Notes under the pieces: generated by a model
Databases searched by the model: none
Seen by the model: only the letters and a program-made list of their open reading frames with translations
Told to the model about the DNA's origin: nothing
In this document: piece by piece, positions 13,401 through 25,400 of the stretch
How positions within the stretch are numbered: the stretch's first letter is position 1
Layout of the letters: the number at the start of each line of letters is the position of its first letter
Translations under genes and position numbers: made by a program
Origin: Candidatus Omnitrophota bacterium
GTDB lineage: Bacteria > Omnitrophota > Gorgyraeia > VGKN01
Length of the DNA: 64,000 nt
Direction of reading: 5' to 3'
Assembly: GCA_020052955.1 (NCBI GenBank)
Contig: JAGVOB010000004.1
Location: 12,522-76,521 of the forward strand

Positions 13401-16400
13401 CAGTTAAAGAACTGGGCAGCCCATCCGGAAAGGGGACTTCCGCCTATAGGGGGTGGCCTTATACAGAAACTGGCAAGCCAGAATGAGCAGGCAAGAAAAC
13501 TGCTTGAGGATATTGTGTCCGGAAAGGTAAGGATAATAGTTGATATTAGTTCTGGCGCATCAGTTGAGAAGGCGGGCTTACATCTTAGGTCTATGGCTGA
13601 ATATGCCTTAAGAAATGGTGGTATAGTTGATGGCCAGCGTGTCATATTCTTAGGGATTGAGCCAAAGACAGGCCTGTTTGACGCAGCAGTAAGGCAATTG
13701 GCTAATACTGATAATGTAATCTTAATTCAGAGCGGGCTTGGCAAGCTTCCGCAGGAATTTAAAGGAATAGTATTACCTGACCTTAAATTCTGGAGAGTAA
13801 TTGTTACTGCGCCTGAGCCTGATATGCTGGCAAAGGATTTTGGATTACTTACAGACGCAGCAAGATTAGCGCAGGACAAGGTAATAGTAGTTACCGAATT
13901 TATGCCCACGATGAAAGCGCCTGTGCCAGGAGGGCTTGAAAGCACTCCTTGGTTAGATGCCCTTAAACAGACTTTATCAGCCTGGCAGTATAATCCTGTC
14001 AGAGTAACATCGGATAAAGTGCCTGCATTTATAAATTCAGATACATTTAGATGGTTACAGTTAGGCAAGAGCCAGGTTGAGGGGCTTCGCTGGGGAGGAG
14101 ATTACTGGTATCATGAATTTATGAGAAATGGCGCACCTTCAATTATAATCCTGCCATTTATTCTTGAGAGCCTCAAGGAACAGCCGGTTGTTCCAGCCAC
14201 TCCATCTATTCCTACCCCTGTTTCAGGCATGCCTGGCATATTATCGGGCGTAGGTATGGCATTATCCTTTGCATTATTGGGCGGGGTAATGAGCGTTGTA
14301 TTTATAAAATCTCCGAGGCGTGCAAGAAAGTTTATTATAGCCTTAGCAGGTGCGTTTACGTTAGCTATGCTCTCAGGCGCTCTGATGCCTACCTATGCGG
14401 CAGAAAGACAATTGGGCTTAGGCGTAGTTACTTATAAAGAGAGCGGCCTTGGAGACTATGTTAACAGGTTAAATGCAGATATAGGGGTAAAGGCATTAGA
14501 CCAGGTTGAGATTTTACCCAATACCCTATTTTCTTTTGACTCTTACGTTCAAGGATACATATCTGAGGGCCATCCCCTTAAGGGCGATAAAGAGAAATTT
14601 GGCGCAGGGCTTTGCGATGTAGCAACAGCCCTCAGGCGTTCAATAGAAAACAGTTATGGGCCTCCTGTTATCGTAGAACTTGGAGAAGATGATGTTAGTT
14701 CAGTTGCCTCCATTGAATTCCCTCAAAGGCTGGCTAATGCGACTGTAATCGGTTTTAAACTACCGCGATACGCGGCGATAAATCAGGAACAGGCAAATGC
14801 ATTACTGAGCAGGGTATTAGAAACTTATCCAAATGTAAAGATTGCGTATATATATACCTCTCACGGTGAGGAATTTTATAACGGAGAGGGCGCTTCCGTA
14901 TTTTTCTATGAGAATTTAACAGCGAGTTCACCGCGCCAGGATATCTGGCTCTTAACACAAGAGCCATACCTGATTGATACTAATAGCCCGGATGATACCT
15001 TGCAGGAATTAAACATAAGTTTAATTTCTAAGGCAGCGACAACAACCGAAGACGCGCTTGCCGAGGAAGAGCAATTCACCTTATCAACCCTCCTATCTTA
15101 TCTGACCACCTCGGAGATTAGAGCCCAGGGAGCAGGCGATATAATAACAGCAATTTTAGCCATAATCATTATGGCTGTGTTAGGCAGGGGAAGAATTCCT
15201 AAATTTATTAACGCAATACCCGCACCTTCCGGCAGAGGACGGTTTAATTTACGCTTACCTTCATTGCTAAGGGTTATTGTTTTAGCAGGTTTTGCTCTGG
15301 CATTAGCCGCCTGCGCAACTGCGACGCCACAGCCAACCCCGACACCAATAAGCCAGGCGGATATACCGTCCTATACCGAACGCGTACTTTCCCAGATTGA
15401 TGAGGGAAAATATCCTTTACTGCGGGCAGAGCTTAAGAGAGTAGGCGTAATCAATAACCAGATAGAATATCCGGTAATGGTTGAATATGGCTTAAGCGCT
15501 GACGGCAAAACAGCCACTATTAAGAGCGTTACGATAAATCCCGAGCTTTTCCTTAATATGCCGGCAAATATAAGGGAAAGCTATCTTCTGCACGAGGAAG
15601 AACATTTAAGCCCCGCGAGCCTTGATTTGGCTCGGGCTATTCAAATATTGAATAAACATTTCTTCGGCGGCATAGATTTATCCAAATCAGAAAAGGAAAT
15701 AATGGAGGAATTAAACCGAAGAATCGTAAACGACCCCAAAGAAAGAGAATTATTCAAGCATTACGTTGCCCTGCGCGTCCAATATGAATATCTAGGCAAC
15801 AGGAAGCAGTTTGATTACATACTTAATAATCGGATAGATATAAATAATCTGATAAGCAAAGAACAAAACCCCGGCGTTAAAGCGGTCTTGGGCAATATAA
15901 ATGAATTTATGCAGGTAGCCCAAATTGACAAGCCGCAAGCTCAGATAAACGAGAGAATCTTTAAAATAGCGATACTCAGAAACCCAATATGGAATGACCC
16001 ACGGCTAATTTATGATTTTACCCTGGCTATTGAGCAGATAGAGCATCCCGAGCTTAAGTTAGTACAATCCGGCGGCAGATGGCAGATGAGCCCGGCTTAT
16101 ATAGGCACTGACGGACTTCCCACTCTGCCGATATGGGATTATCTCACCATACCTGATTATTATTCGCCCGATATCATAAATACTCTCCAGCAGTCTGCAG
16201 TTGGCGTGCCCCACCTTGCAAGGCCCGTTTCGCCCGCTCTGACACAGCCCCTGACTGCAGGCCAGACAGGCATATGGGCAGTTATTATAGGTATATTATT
16301 TAGTATCTTATTTATAAACAATCCTATTACAAGAAGATTCAAATTAACTTGGTTAAAGCGCATTGCTATTTTAGGAGGTCTTCTCATTCTATTGACCGCC

Positions 16401-19400
16401 TGCTCAAGGCCACAGGCTTTACCAACTGCAACACCTACTATGACACAAACCGCAACCTATACCCAGACGTCCACAGCCACGTATACTTCAACGCCGACAC
16501 AAACATTCACACCGACATCAACTTCTACACCGACAGAAACGCCGACATCTACGCCGACCGAGACGCCGACCCAAACGCCAACTTTGACGCCTACAGCAAC
16601 ACCTTTACCTCTCCAGAATTTTTTAGCTGGTGGAACTAACATTGGAAGCTGGTTGATATTTTTCATAGGATTTGGCGTATTATCATTTGGCGTTATAGTC
16701 CTATTACATAAAACAATTAACCTCAATAGCATTGGGCTTACATTAGGAGGTTTAATAGTTGTAGCGCTTGGAGCTGTTGGTTTGTATTACAGCTCTCAAG
16801 TACAAAATTTCGCTAAGCCGGCAACTGCTATCCAAAAGGCAATAGACTCTACAACGCTTTTTCTTGTCAGGGCAGGCGTCTTTTTAACAGGAATAGAAAT
16901 AATGTATTTATCAGCTCTGGTTATCTCTTTCATCTTAAGTAAGATTAAAATATTAGGACCATTCGCGAAGGTTTTCAGCTTGATAGGTAAGATATTGAAA
17001 ATACCGCTAAAAGAACTGTTAAAAAAACCGGTACTAGGACTAATAACTCTCGCGATAATTATTCTCCCATTTCTTATGCGCCTTATTCCTTTGCCAACCT
17101 CTTATGCTATTCAGCAAGGAGACTTTCAACTGATAGAAACATTACTTTATCTCAGGCATCCGATAACAGTAACTGACAAAGATGCACTTATACAAATAAT
17201 AGGCAAATTATATGATGAGGGCAACGGCATCACGCGATTTTATGTTGCAGACCCTTCAACAGGAGATTTAAAAAGCGTTGACGCGTACTATCTGCTGGCA
17301 TATCCCGAATCAATTAATTTTACTCTAACCCGTGAAAAGGACAAGGACGGCTATTACATAAAGATACAGGAAAATAAGATACAAGAAATTACTCCTACTC
17401 CTCAAGGTTCTATCCCGGGTGCACCACACCTTGCAAGACCCACTATGCCAGAGAGCCAGGTTGCTGTCTCGGGGGTGAATACCCTGTCCACATTTATTAT
17501 AGGTATATTATCCCTTATCTTATTCACAAACAATCCTATTACAAGAAGATTCAAATTAACTTGGTTAAAGCGCATTGCTATTTTAGGAGGCATTCTCATT
17601 CTGTTGACCGCCTGTGCAACTGTGACTCCAGTGCCTCAGGAGGCGACAATACAGCCCGGAAGCCTTGAAGAACTGCAAGTGAGAATAATAGAAAACAGGC
17701 TGATTAATGAACTCTTATTCAATTATGAAAACCAGGAGGCAATAATACAGGTATCCCGGGAATATGAAGTTGACCCGCGATTGTTAACCTCTGTTGTTAT
17801 GATGGAGATTGCAAGCCGCGATCCAAGTGAAGATTTATGGGATAATTTAAAAGATGAAGCCAGGGAAATATTAAACAGAGACCTTGAGGCTACCTCTTTC
17901 GGTATAGGACAGATACGAATTGACACAGCGCGCGATATGCTCGGCTACCTAAAGGCAGAGAACAAGCTCGGCGATTTGGAACTCGGCTACCTGATACAGG
18001 AATCATTTTCGGATGAGAATATAGAGAAAATCCTTGAAAACGACCATGACAATATCTACATAGCAGGAAGGTATGTAAGATGGATTATAGATACATTAGA
18101 AGGCGCGGGCATAGAGGCAGATATTTACACCGTAGGATTCGGCTATAATGGTATCGGTCGGATAACAAACTTTGATGAATTTGAGCCGGAAGTGCAGCAG
18201 GCGATAAGTGACTACAGGGCCGAACACACAGAAATATTCAAGCTGGTATATAATGCCACATACTACGAGTCATTGCTGAAGATTAACTATCTGCCTTCAT
18301 GGTCGTCATATCTTCTGGGAGCGCCTTCTAGCGCAGGAGAATTTATCAATGGTTTCTATGATGCCGATTCAGTCGGTTTTAAGAGCTACTGGGCGGTTTA
18401 TGACGGCGTATATACAAAACCGCATAACATCCTTCCTGAATTTAGCGGTTTATACAATGCCTCCGTATTCGGCGAGGTGCGCTCAGGAGCCATTAACCTT
18501 CCTGACGGCAGGGTTCTTCAGATGTACGAAAACAGCATCCTTGAGCTTACCTCCAATGGCATAGTCAAGCAGTATCCGTATGCGGCGTATATTTTGCAGG
18601 GGATGCGCTCGGGATTCGACCAGGATTTCATAAATCATCTATCGGCATCGCCCAATGTGCCGGGGAAATTCTCTAATTTTATAGCCTCAAATAATATCGG
18701 GGCACAGCTGGGCTCGCTTCTTACTGACGCATTTGACATGAAAAACTTCCCAATTGACGGCGGTGAAAAATCCGTCAGGATACAATTCTTTGAAGGAGGC
18801 GTGCTCATAGCGGAGAAAAATTTGCTTGGAATTCCCGGGGACGTAAGGCTTGCCACGGTAGATTCGGTAGTCAGATATCTTGAGTCAGTGCACTCCTACG
18901 CATATGATATGCCGCCTTACGATCCTCTCTTAAAACCGCAGCCGGCTCCAACATCAACCCCGCTTCCAACGCCTGAGCTTGGGTCGTATATTGTGCTTTA
19001 TTCGGTTGGCCAGACAATAGAGGTGACTACAAAGCAAGCCATCATTGATGTTATTATGGCCACTAACCAGCGGAGGATAGCTCATCAAGAAGAGTCCATT
19101 CAGTATTTCTATCCCGAGACCCAGTGGACAGGCGAACCCTATGCCCATTATCTCGGGGATGTAACCAGAGAGAGCCTTGTCGAGCTTCTTAAGGATTTCC
19201 CTGACTCGGGATTTATTATGCGCCTTACACTCCAGCAGGGTGACGTCGCCCCGTTTATCAGGATAACCGAGATTGAAACAACAGGTGCTGTTTCGCCCGC
19301 AAAACAATTCAGCCTGCTTGATTATTTATCAGTAGGCACTGCACAGGCAAGAACGCCTGGTGTCCTACCTACCCTAACATCTACATTTGACTGGCTGGGC

Positions 19401-22400
19401 TTGGGATTATTGGGATTATCGTTAGCCCTTGCATTCGGCATAGTAAGACTTGCCCACCTACGCGGTGGGACAGGGCGGCTTAGTCGAAATATTTTATTGT
19501 GGGCGGGAGTTGCTTTGGTAGTTAGTATTGCCTTAGCCAGCGGTATCTTTTGGTATTTTACACAGGATATGTCCTTTAAAGATTGGACAGCGGGCACGGC
19601 TTACTTTCACGAGCAACAAACTAAACTTATAGAGCCTATAATTAATACAGAAGATGTTCCGTTAAGAGACACTGGTTTCAATTTTCAAGAACTTGATTTG
19701 ATATGGCATCGGTCAATAGATAGTTTAATCTTAGATCCTAATAGACCCGAGGAGTCCAATCTTTCGATGCGGAAGCTTAATTTTATCCTGTATGAGAGGT
19801 TTTCCATAGGTTACTACCCAAGTTGGTGGCAAATCTATGAAATTCGCAGGAATTTTGTTGCGCAGAATTTTGATGAAATTATAGCTCTCATTGAAAAACT
19901 TAATCCATCCGATTATTCAGATTTTGCAACTCAGTGGCAAGCAGTACGCTTGAGAAATACCCTGATACGGCTTGTTTGCGATGGAATAGTAAGAGGATTT
20001 CCATCAATTGATTACAATAAATTGGACATAGTAAAACCAATTTTGCTTAATGATGAATTAATTGTTAAATTTGGTTGGAATTATGCGGGAAGCAATTTAA
20101 TGGATTTATTTTTAGATAAGAAAAATGACCTACCTCCTCTGATTCCCCCTGTCATTAATGAAGCACAAGCAGAGAGAACTCTTGATTTATTTACTAAATT
20201 ACTCGAGTCTTATAATAACACCGATTATAGCACGCTAAGCGAAAGTGATTCTAATCTGCTCTATTTCTATGAACGCAACGAGGTAACAGGTATTGCTATG
20301 CAGGAACCACTTAAATTTGAAGCATGGAGAGAATTAGCACAGTCTCTGAAGTACCTTTCTGATTATGCTCCTACTCAGCGTATCCGTGAACGCGCAAACA
20401 ACTTACTTTCTCGTATTCCGTTAGAAATTGTTAATGACCCTCGCATTGAAATAGCAAATAGGGAATATGGAGATGGGACGCACTATCTTACGCGTGAATC
20501 ATATCAAACTGCGGTAACTTACTATGAAAACCAGATGGGTTTGAAGGGAATACGTCAAATCCCGATTTGGGATGTTAACGCGGTAGCCTATGTTAGAAGA
20601 GAAGTAACACCTAAGATGTTAGAATATTTTGCTGAAAGCTCTCAAGCCCACGATGTGCCTGTAGATTTTCCCATAATTATGTGGTTACGAGATGATATGT
20701 TCCAAGCTAGAATGCCGCTATATACAATTGGAACTGGATTAGCTCACATTAAGACATTTTTTAATTATGATGGTGTTGGCGGTCGTATCGCAGATACTCT
20801 ACTTAGAGTACTTCCGGATTGGTTTTTGAATAAAGCTCTAGAGGATAGACCTGCAAAAGCTATTTTAGGGCTTATCTTTAATTCAGCTGGTTCGTTGACA
20901 ATGCAGGTGCGCGTAGATAGACCACAGAATACTGATGATTTAGGTATACGCTCAGATGGTTTATGGGAGCGTTTGGTTAAAAAGGGTTATGTAAGTGACC
21001 CCGCAACCCTTTCTAACAGAGAAGTTACATGGCTTTTGTTAACTGATCAGCGGCTTGCGATTGAAGCGGGAACAGCGATGTTATCAAGAAAATTCCAAGA
21101 CCCAAAAACTGGAGATTCCTTTAGACAAGATTATTATAATTATCAACGCTTGTTACCGGAAGGTTTTGACCGTCGAAGTCTTATAAGAGGGTGGTTTGCC
21201 CCAAATTTTTATAGTATATTTGGACCTAATCTGGGATTTGAACTTTATGGTGGTTATCTTACAAATGGCATTGCTATAGGAGAAGACTACTTTTTCGACC
21301 TTTACCTCGTCCTGTTAGAATCTGGTGTCTTGGATTCACTCTATGGCGAACCTGTCCCTGCGATTATAGTGGGAATCTCAAAGTTAGAAGAGTTAAAACA
21401 GGTGGGCAGATGGGCTAATGGTAGAGATGCAGGGAAGGACCCATATATCCAAGAGGCAGCACTGCGCACTCTTAGGGAAATAGCTCAAGATACAGAACAT
21501 CCAGAGATGGCTATTGAGGCTCAGAGGATACTCGGCATACTTGAACAAAAGAGCGCCCTCGCAGGCATAAAGACACAAGGCGTAAGCAATATCTGGCAGG
21601 GTTTGGCTATGGTATTGAGTTTTGGTTTAATTGGAGGGGTGTTTGGAGGAGTCTTTACGCCCATAAAAAGATTAAGAGACAGGTTGCAGGGAAGGGTTAA
21701 GTCAAGGACACTCGCCAATATATTAACAGGAGTTGTATTGGTTCTCGGGCTAGGCCTGATAATCGGATCCGGTTATGGAATAGCTTTATTGATTAACTAT
21801 CTTACACCATTTAATGTCCAGACACAATATCTCACAATTACCGATGCCTCTTATAAAACTACAGACCAATCGCGTATCGGCGAGGTGCTTGGCTTTTCTA
21901 ACGATATGCCTGTAATCTCGCCTATCCAAGGGCTAGACGTAAATGTTGACCTAAAAAGCAGTGTAATAGACGCCAACATATTAAACTTTACTATCAGCCC
22001 AAGAGAGGGCGAGACCTTAGAAGGTATAGAGGGCTTTGTAATTATAGTTATAAAGGATAACAGAGGCAACGAATGGCATAAGCCAGTAGTTATTCAACCC
22101 AATCAGAGCGAGTACTCAGTAGTTATACCCCCAGATAACAACATAGAATCCATAACATTTAGTTCTCATATATTGGATGATAAAAGGGTAAACATATCCA
22201 ATATAGCGCTTACCAATGGCATGAATGTGCCGGTAATCATGAGCAATGGAACCATTAAAGCAGTGCCCGCCCACATAGACTCAGCCAAGCATAACCTCAT
22301 AGTTAATAGCGATAATGAAATTATATTCACAGGCGATGATATCCTTACCCTGACATTCGATAAGCCAATTAAGGGAAATACGATGCAGTTTATAGCAAGT

Positions 22401-25400
22401 ACGAGGGAAGAAGAAAGCGCTATAAGCGTTGAATTGACATATGGTGAGTGGGGAGAAGTCAAATCATTCTTCATCTCCGGCGAGCCCACCATTTACACAC
22501 TTAATATTGATCCCACAAGAAAGCTTACGCAGGTAAGGATTTACGGTATGCAGGGCACAAGACTGAATTTTATACCCTCTGTGCCAACAGCTGTGCCTAC
22601 GCTACCCCCGCCCTCAGAAATTCCATCTTCCCCAACCGCCGCTATAATACCGTCCGGAACGCCAACTCCTGATTATATGTTTGCAAGGGATTATACGTGG
22701 GATGAGTTATTGAACGACCCAGAAAGGCTTGATGAGTTTGTCAATGAGGTTTTACGCTGGGAGTCAAGATTTCATCAGCCGGGCGTTGGCTACAATGCCC
22801 AAAGCGGTATTACCTATGATGGATATGCGATTAATTATACTACTGGAGAACTATTAGGCACGCCGCGCAATTGGACCGCAGCATCCAAGGAATCATTGCA
22901 GGTCACTATTTTAGCTTTAGCCATCGCCGGGAATGAAAGGGCGCAGTTCTTCCTCTCTCCCGATGATCCCTCCAAGGCAAGAGCTATTGCTATTGACATT
23001 CTTACAAGAAAGATAGCAAGTTATGAGAAATTTAACAAAGAATATCCCGGCTTCGGTGGATTCATACCGTGGGTCATAGTAAGCGATGAAGGCATAAAAC
23101 CAACAAGTGATTGGCAGGACCGCGTGCCAGGCCTTGATAATGGCCAACTTGCATGGTCATTAGTGCTTGCCGATTATGCTTTAGAGAAGCAGGGCTATAG
23201 GGAATTAGCGCAGCATTACCGCGACTACTGGCAGATGCTTGCCAAGAATTCTGTGCCGATGTTCTATGATGTCCAGACAGGAAAAGTGAGAGCCGAAGTA
23301 AAGATTGGTGATACAAAAGGCGAGGTTGTATCCTTAAACTACTCCAATAATGCCCCCGGATATTTCTTGGATGACCCCTACGAGGGTGAGCTCATGGTGA
23401 TGTTTACGAGCCTTTTTGGAGAGTGGGATGATCCTCTTGCAGTAGAGCGCATCTGGGAAGATAAACATATGGAAAGCGATGCGTTCCGCACAGCAGACGG
23501 CCAGACTATTACAGTAAAACAAGGTTACTGGTTCTCATCACATGAGGAATGGGCATGGTTTGTCCTGCCATATCGCGATGACCAGTTGGCATGGCAGATT
23601 TTCTACAATGGACAGGTAGCCAGAACCTGGTATTCCTCAGATAATTCGATACCAGGGCTTCTTGCTTCAGTCAATCCGCCCGTGAGCCCGAGCGGGGAAT
23701 CATTAGATTATCTGCAGTATCTAAGCGCGATTGGAATTCCTAAAATAGGAAGTCAACCAGTACAATACGGAGATGTTATCGCTCCCTATGCAAGTTTCCC
23801 TGTGATTTTGGCAGAGCAATCAGTGGGTAGCGTGTGGCTTCAGACTATGCTCTCGGGATACGGGATGCAGGGGCCCTATGGTTCTACAGAAGCTATTACT
23901 ACAGATGGCCAATATATTGCACCATTGCTTACATGGGATGGGAAAAATACCACGGTTATTGCATTTCTTAGCCAATCCACTGATTTTATGCGTGATGCGC
24001 TAAAAGAACTGGGTGTATATGATGAGTTTCTAAATCGTATTAATACCGAATACACCGAGACATTTGGCAGCAACCTATCAGTGTTAATTCCGCCTGTTAG
24101 TTTTGCAACCCCATCCGTAAGGCTTCCGACAGAGGGTATCCCAGGCTTCGTACCAGTCGCTCCAGGAACAGTTGTAGATGTGTTTAAAGGCTCTGCCTTT
24201 AATGGTGATGGGGAGCTGTTGAAACAGTACAAGTTGGAAAATGGAGTGCTTACCCTGCCCGCGGTAGATGGTTATATATGGAATAGCATAAACCAAACAG
24301 ATGTAACTACCAATCACTATTTGAACTTTACCGTCAATACAACCGGCGGCAGCGTATTTATAGAAATAAAAAACACCGATGACGAACTTATGACCAATGA
24401 TAAGATATTTGTGGAATTTCCCGATACAGGCGGTGAGTTCAAGACATACTCTATTGATGTGGGCCCGCTTTTAACAAACGATAATACTACGTCTGGTATC
24501 TTTGTCTTCTCTAGCCCAAGCGGTTTAATCCAGTTGCAGCAGCCACTACCCTTTACAGATGCAGCCACAGGCGAAATGTTGACATTTGACGGCAGGCAGT
24601 TCGGTTTAGGCCTAACTCCTCAAGCCCCACTTGACACCACAAGAGTTAATTTAATCCAACGGATTAATTTTATTCCAGATGATCCTGATCCGAATATAGG
24701 CCTTAAATATGACCATGAGGAGACACTAAAACTGTATAAATCAGGCGGATGGATATGGGCATATATTCCCGAGCTTTTAATCCCTGACCTTAAGATGCAA
24801 TCTGTCCTTGAGTTAACCGTGACGACAAATGCTCCTGCGACTGTCTGGTTAGAGCTTAAAAATGAAAATGACGAATGGCTGGCAATGACCGAAAAGCATT
24901 TTGATATTCCAAAAATCAGAGTTGATATTCCAAATACGAACGGCGTACCACAGACCATCCCCATTTATTTAGACAAACTCTTAATTAGTGGCATAGATGA
25001 TTATAGGGTTAAGATAATGGCATTCTCAGACCCAACCGCAGATATAGAGATTGCCGAGATGGTATTTACAGAATCGTCCGCTGTATCTGCTGCAGTAACG
25101 CCCGCGTCCGTAACAGAAGGTTTAATATCCTCTTCCAAATTCGGCGCATTTGGGTACTTAACTAGAATAATACCCGGTTCACTTCTTTCAACCTTCTTAG
25201 GCTTAGGTACCCTGGTTGTTGGCGTGGTGTTAGGCGGGATTGAGTTAAACAAGAAGAGCCTGAAATATTTACTTCTTACTATGGTCTTAGTATTGGTACT
25301 CACTGCCTGTGCGCCTTCTTCAACCGCAACACCGGTTACGCCGACAGTTACATCTACCCCTGCACCAATACAACCTCCTGCTACGCTGCATCTTCCGACG

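Noticed and set aside
16425-16610. Short DNA repeats as a CRISPR array or VNTR
   Set aside because: They are imperfect, in frame, encode a Thr/Pro linker, and have no repeat-spacer structure.
17640-21300. Apparent GC and codon shifts between adjacent modules as evidence of foreign origin
   Set aside because: This is only a visual impression; it needs a sliding-window GC3 or codon-usage calculation that I cannot run.
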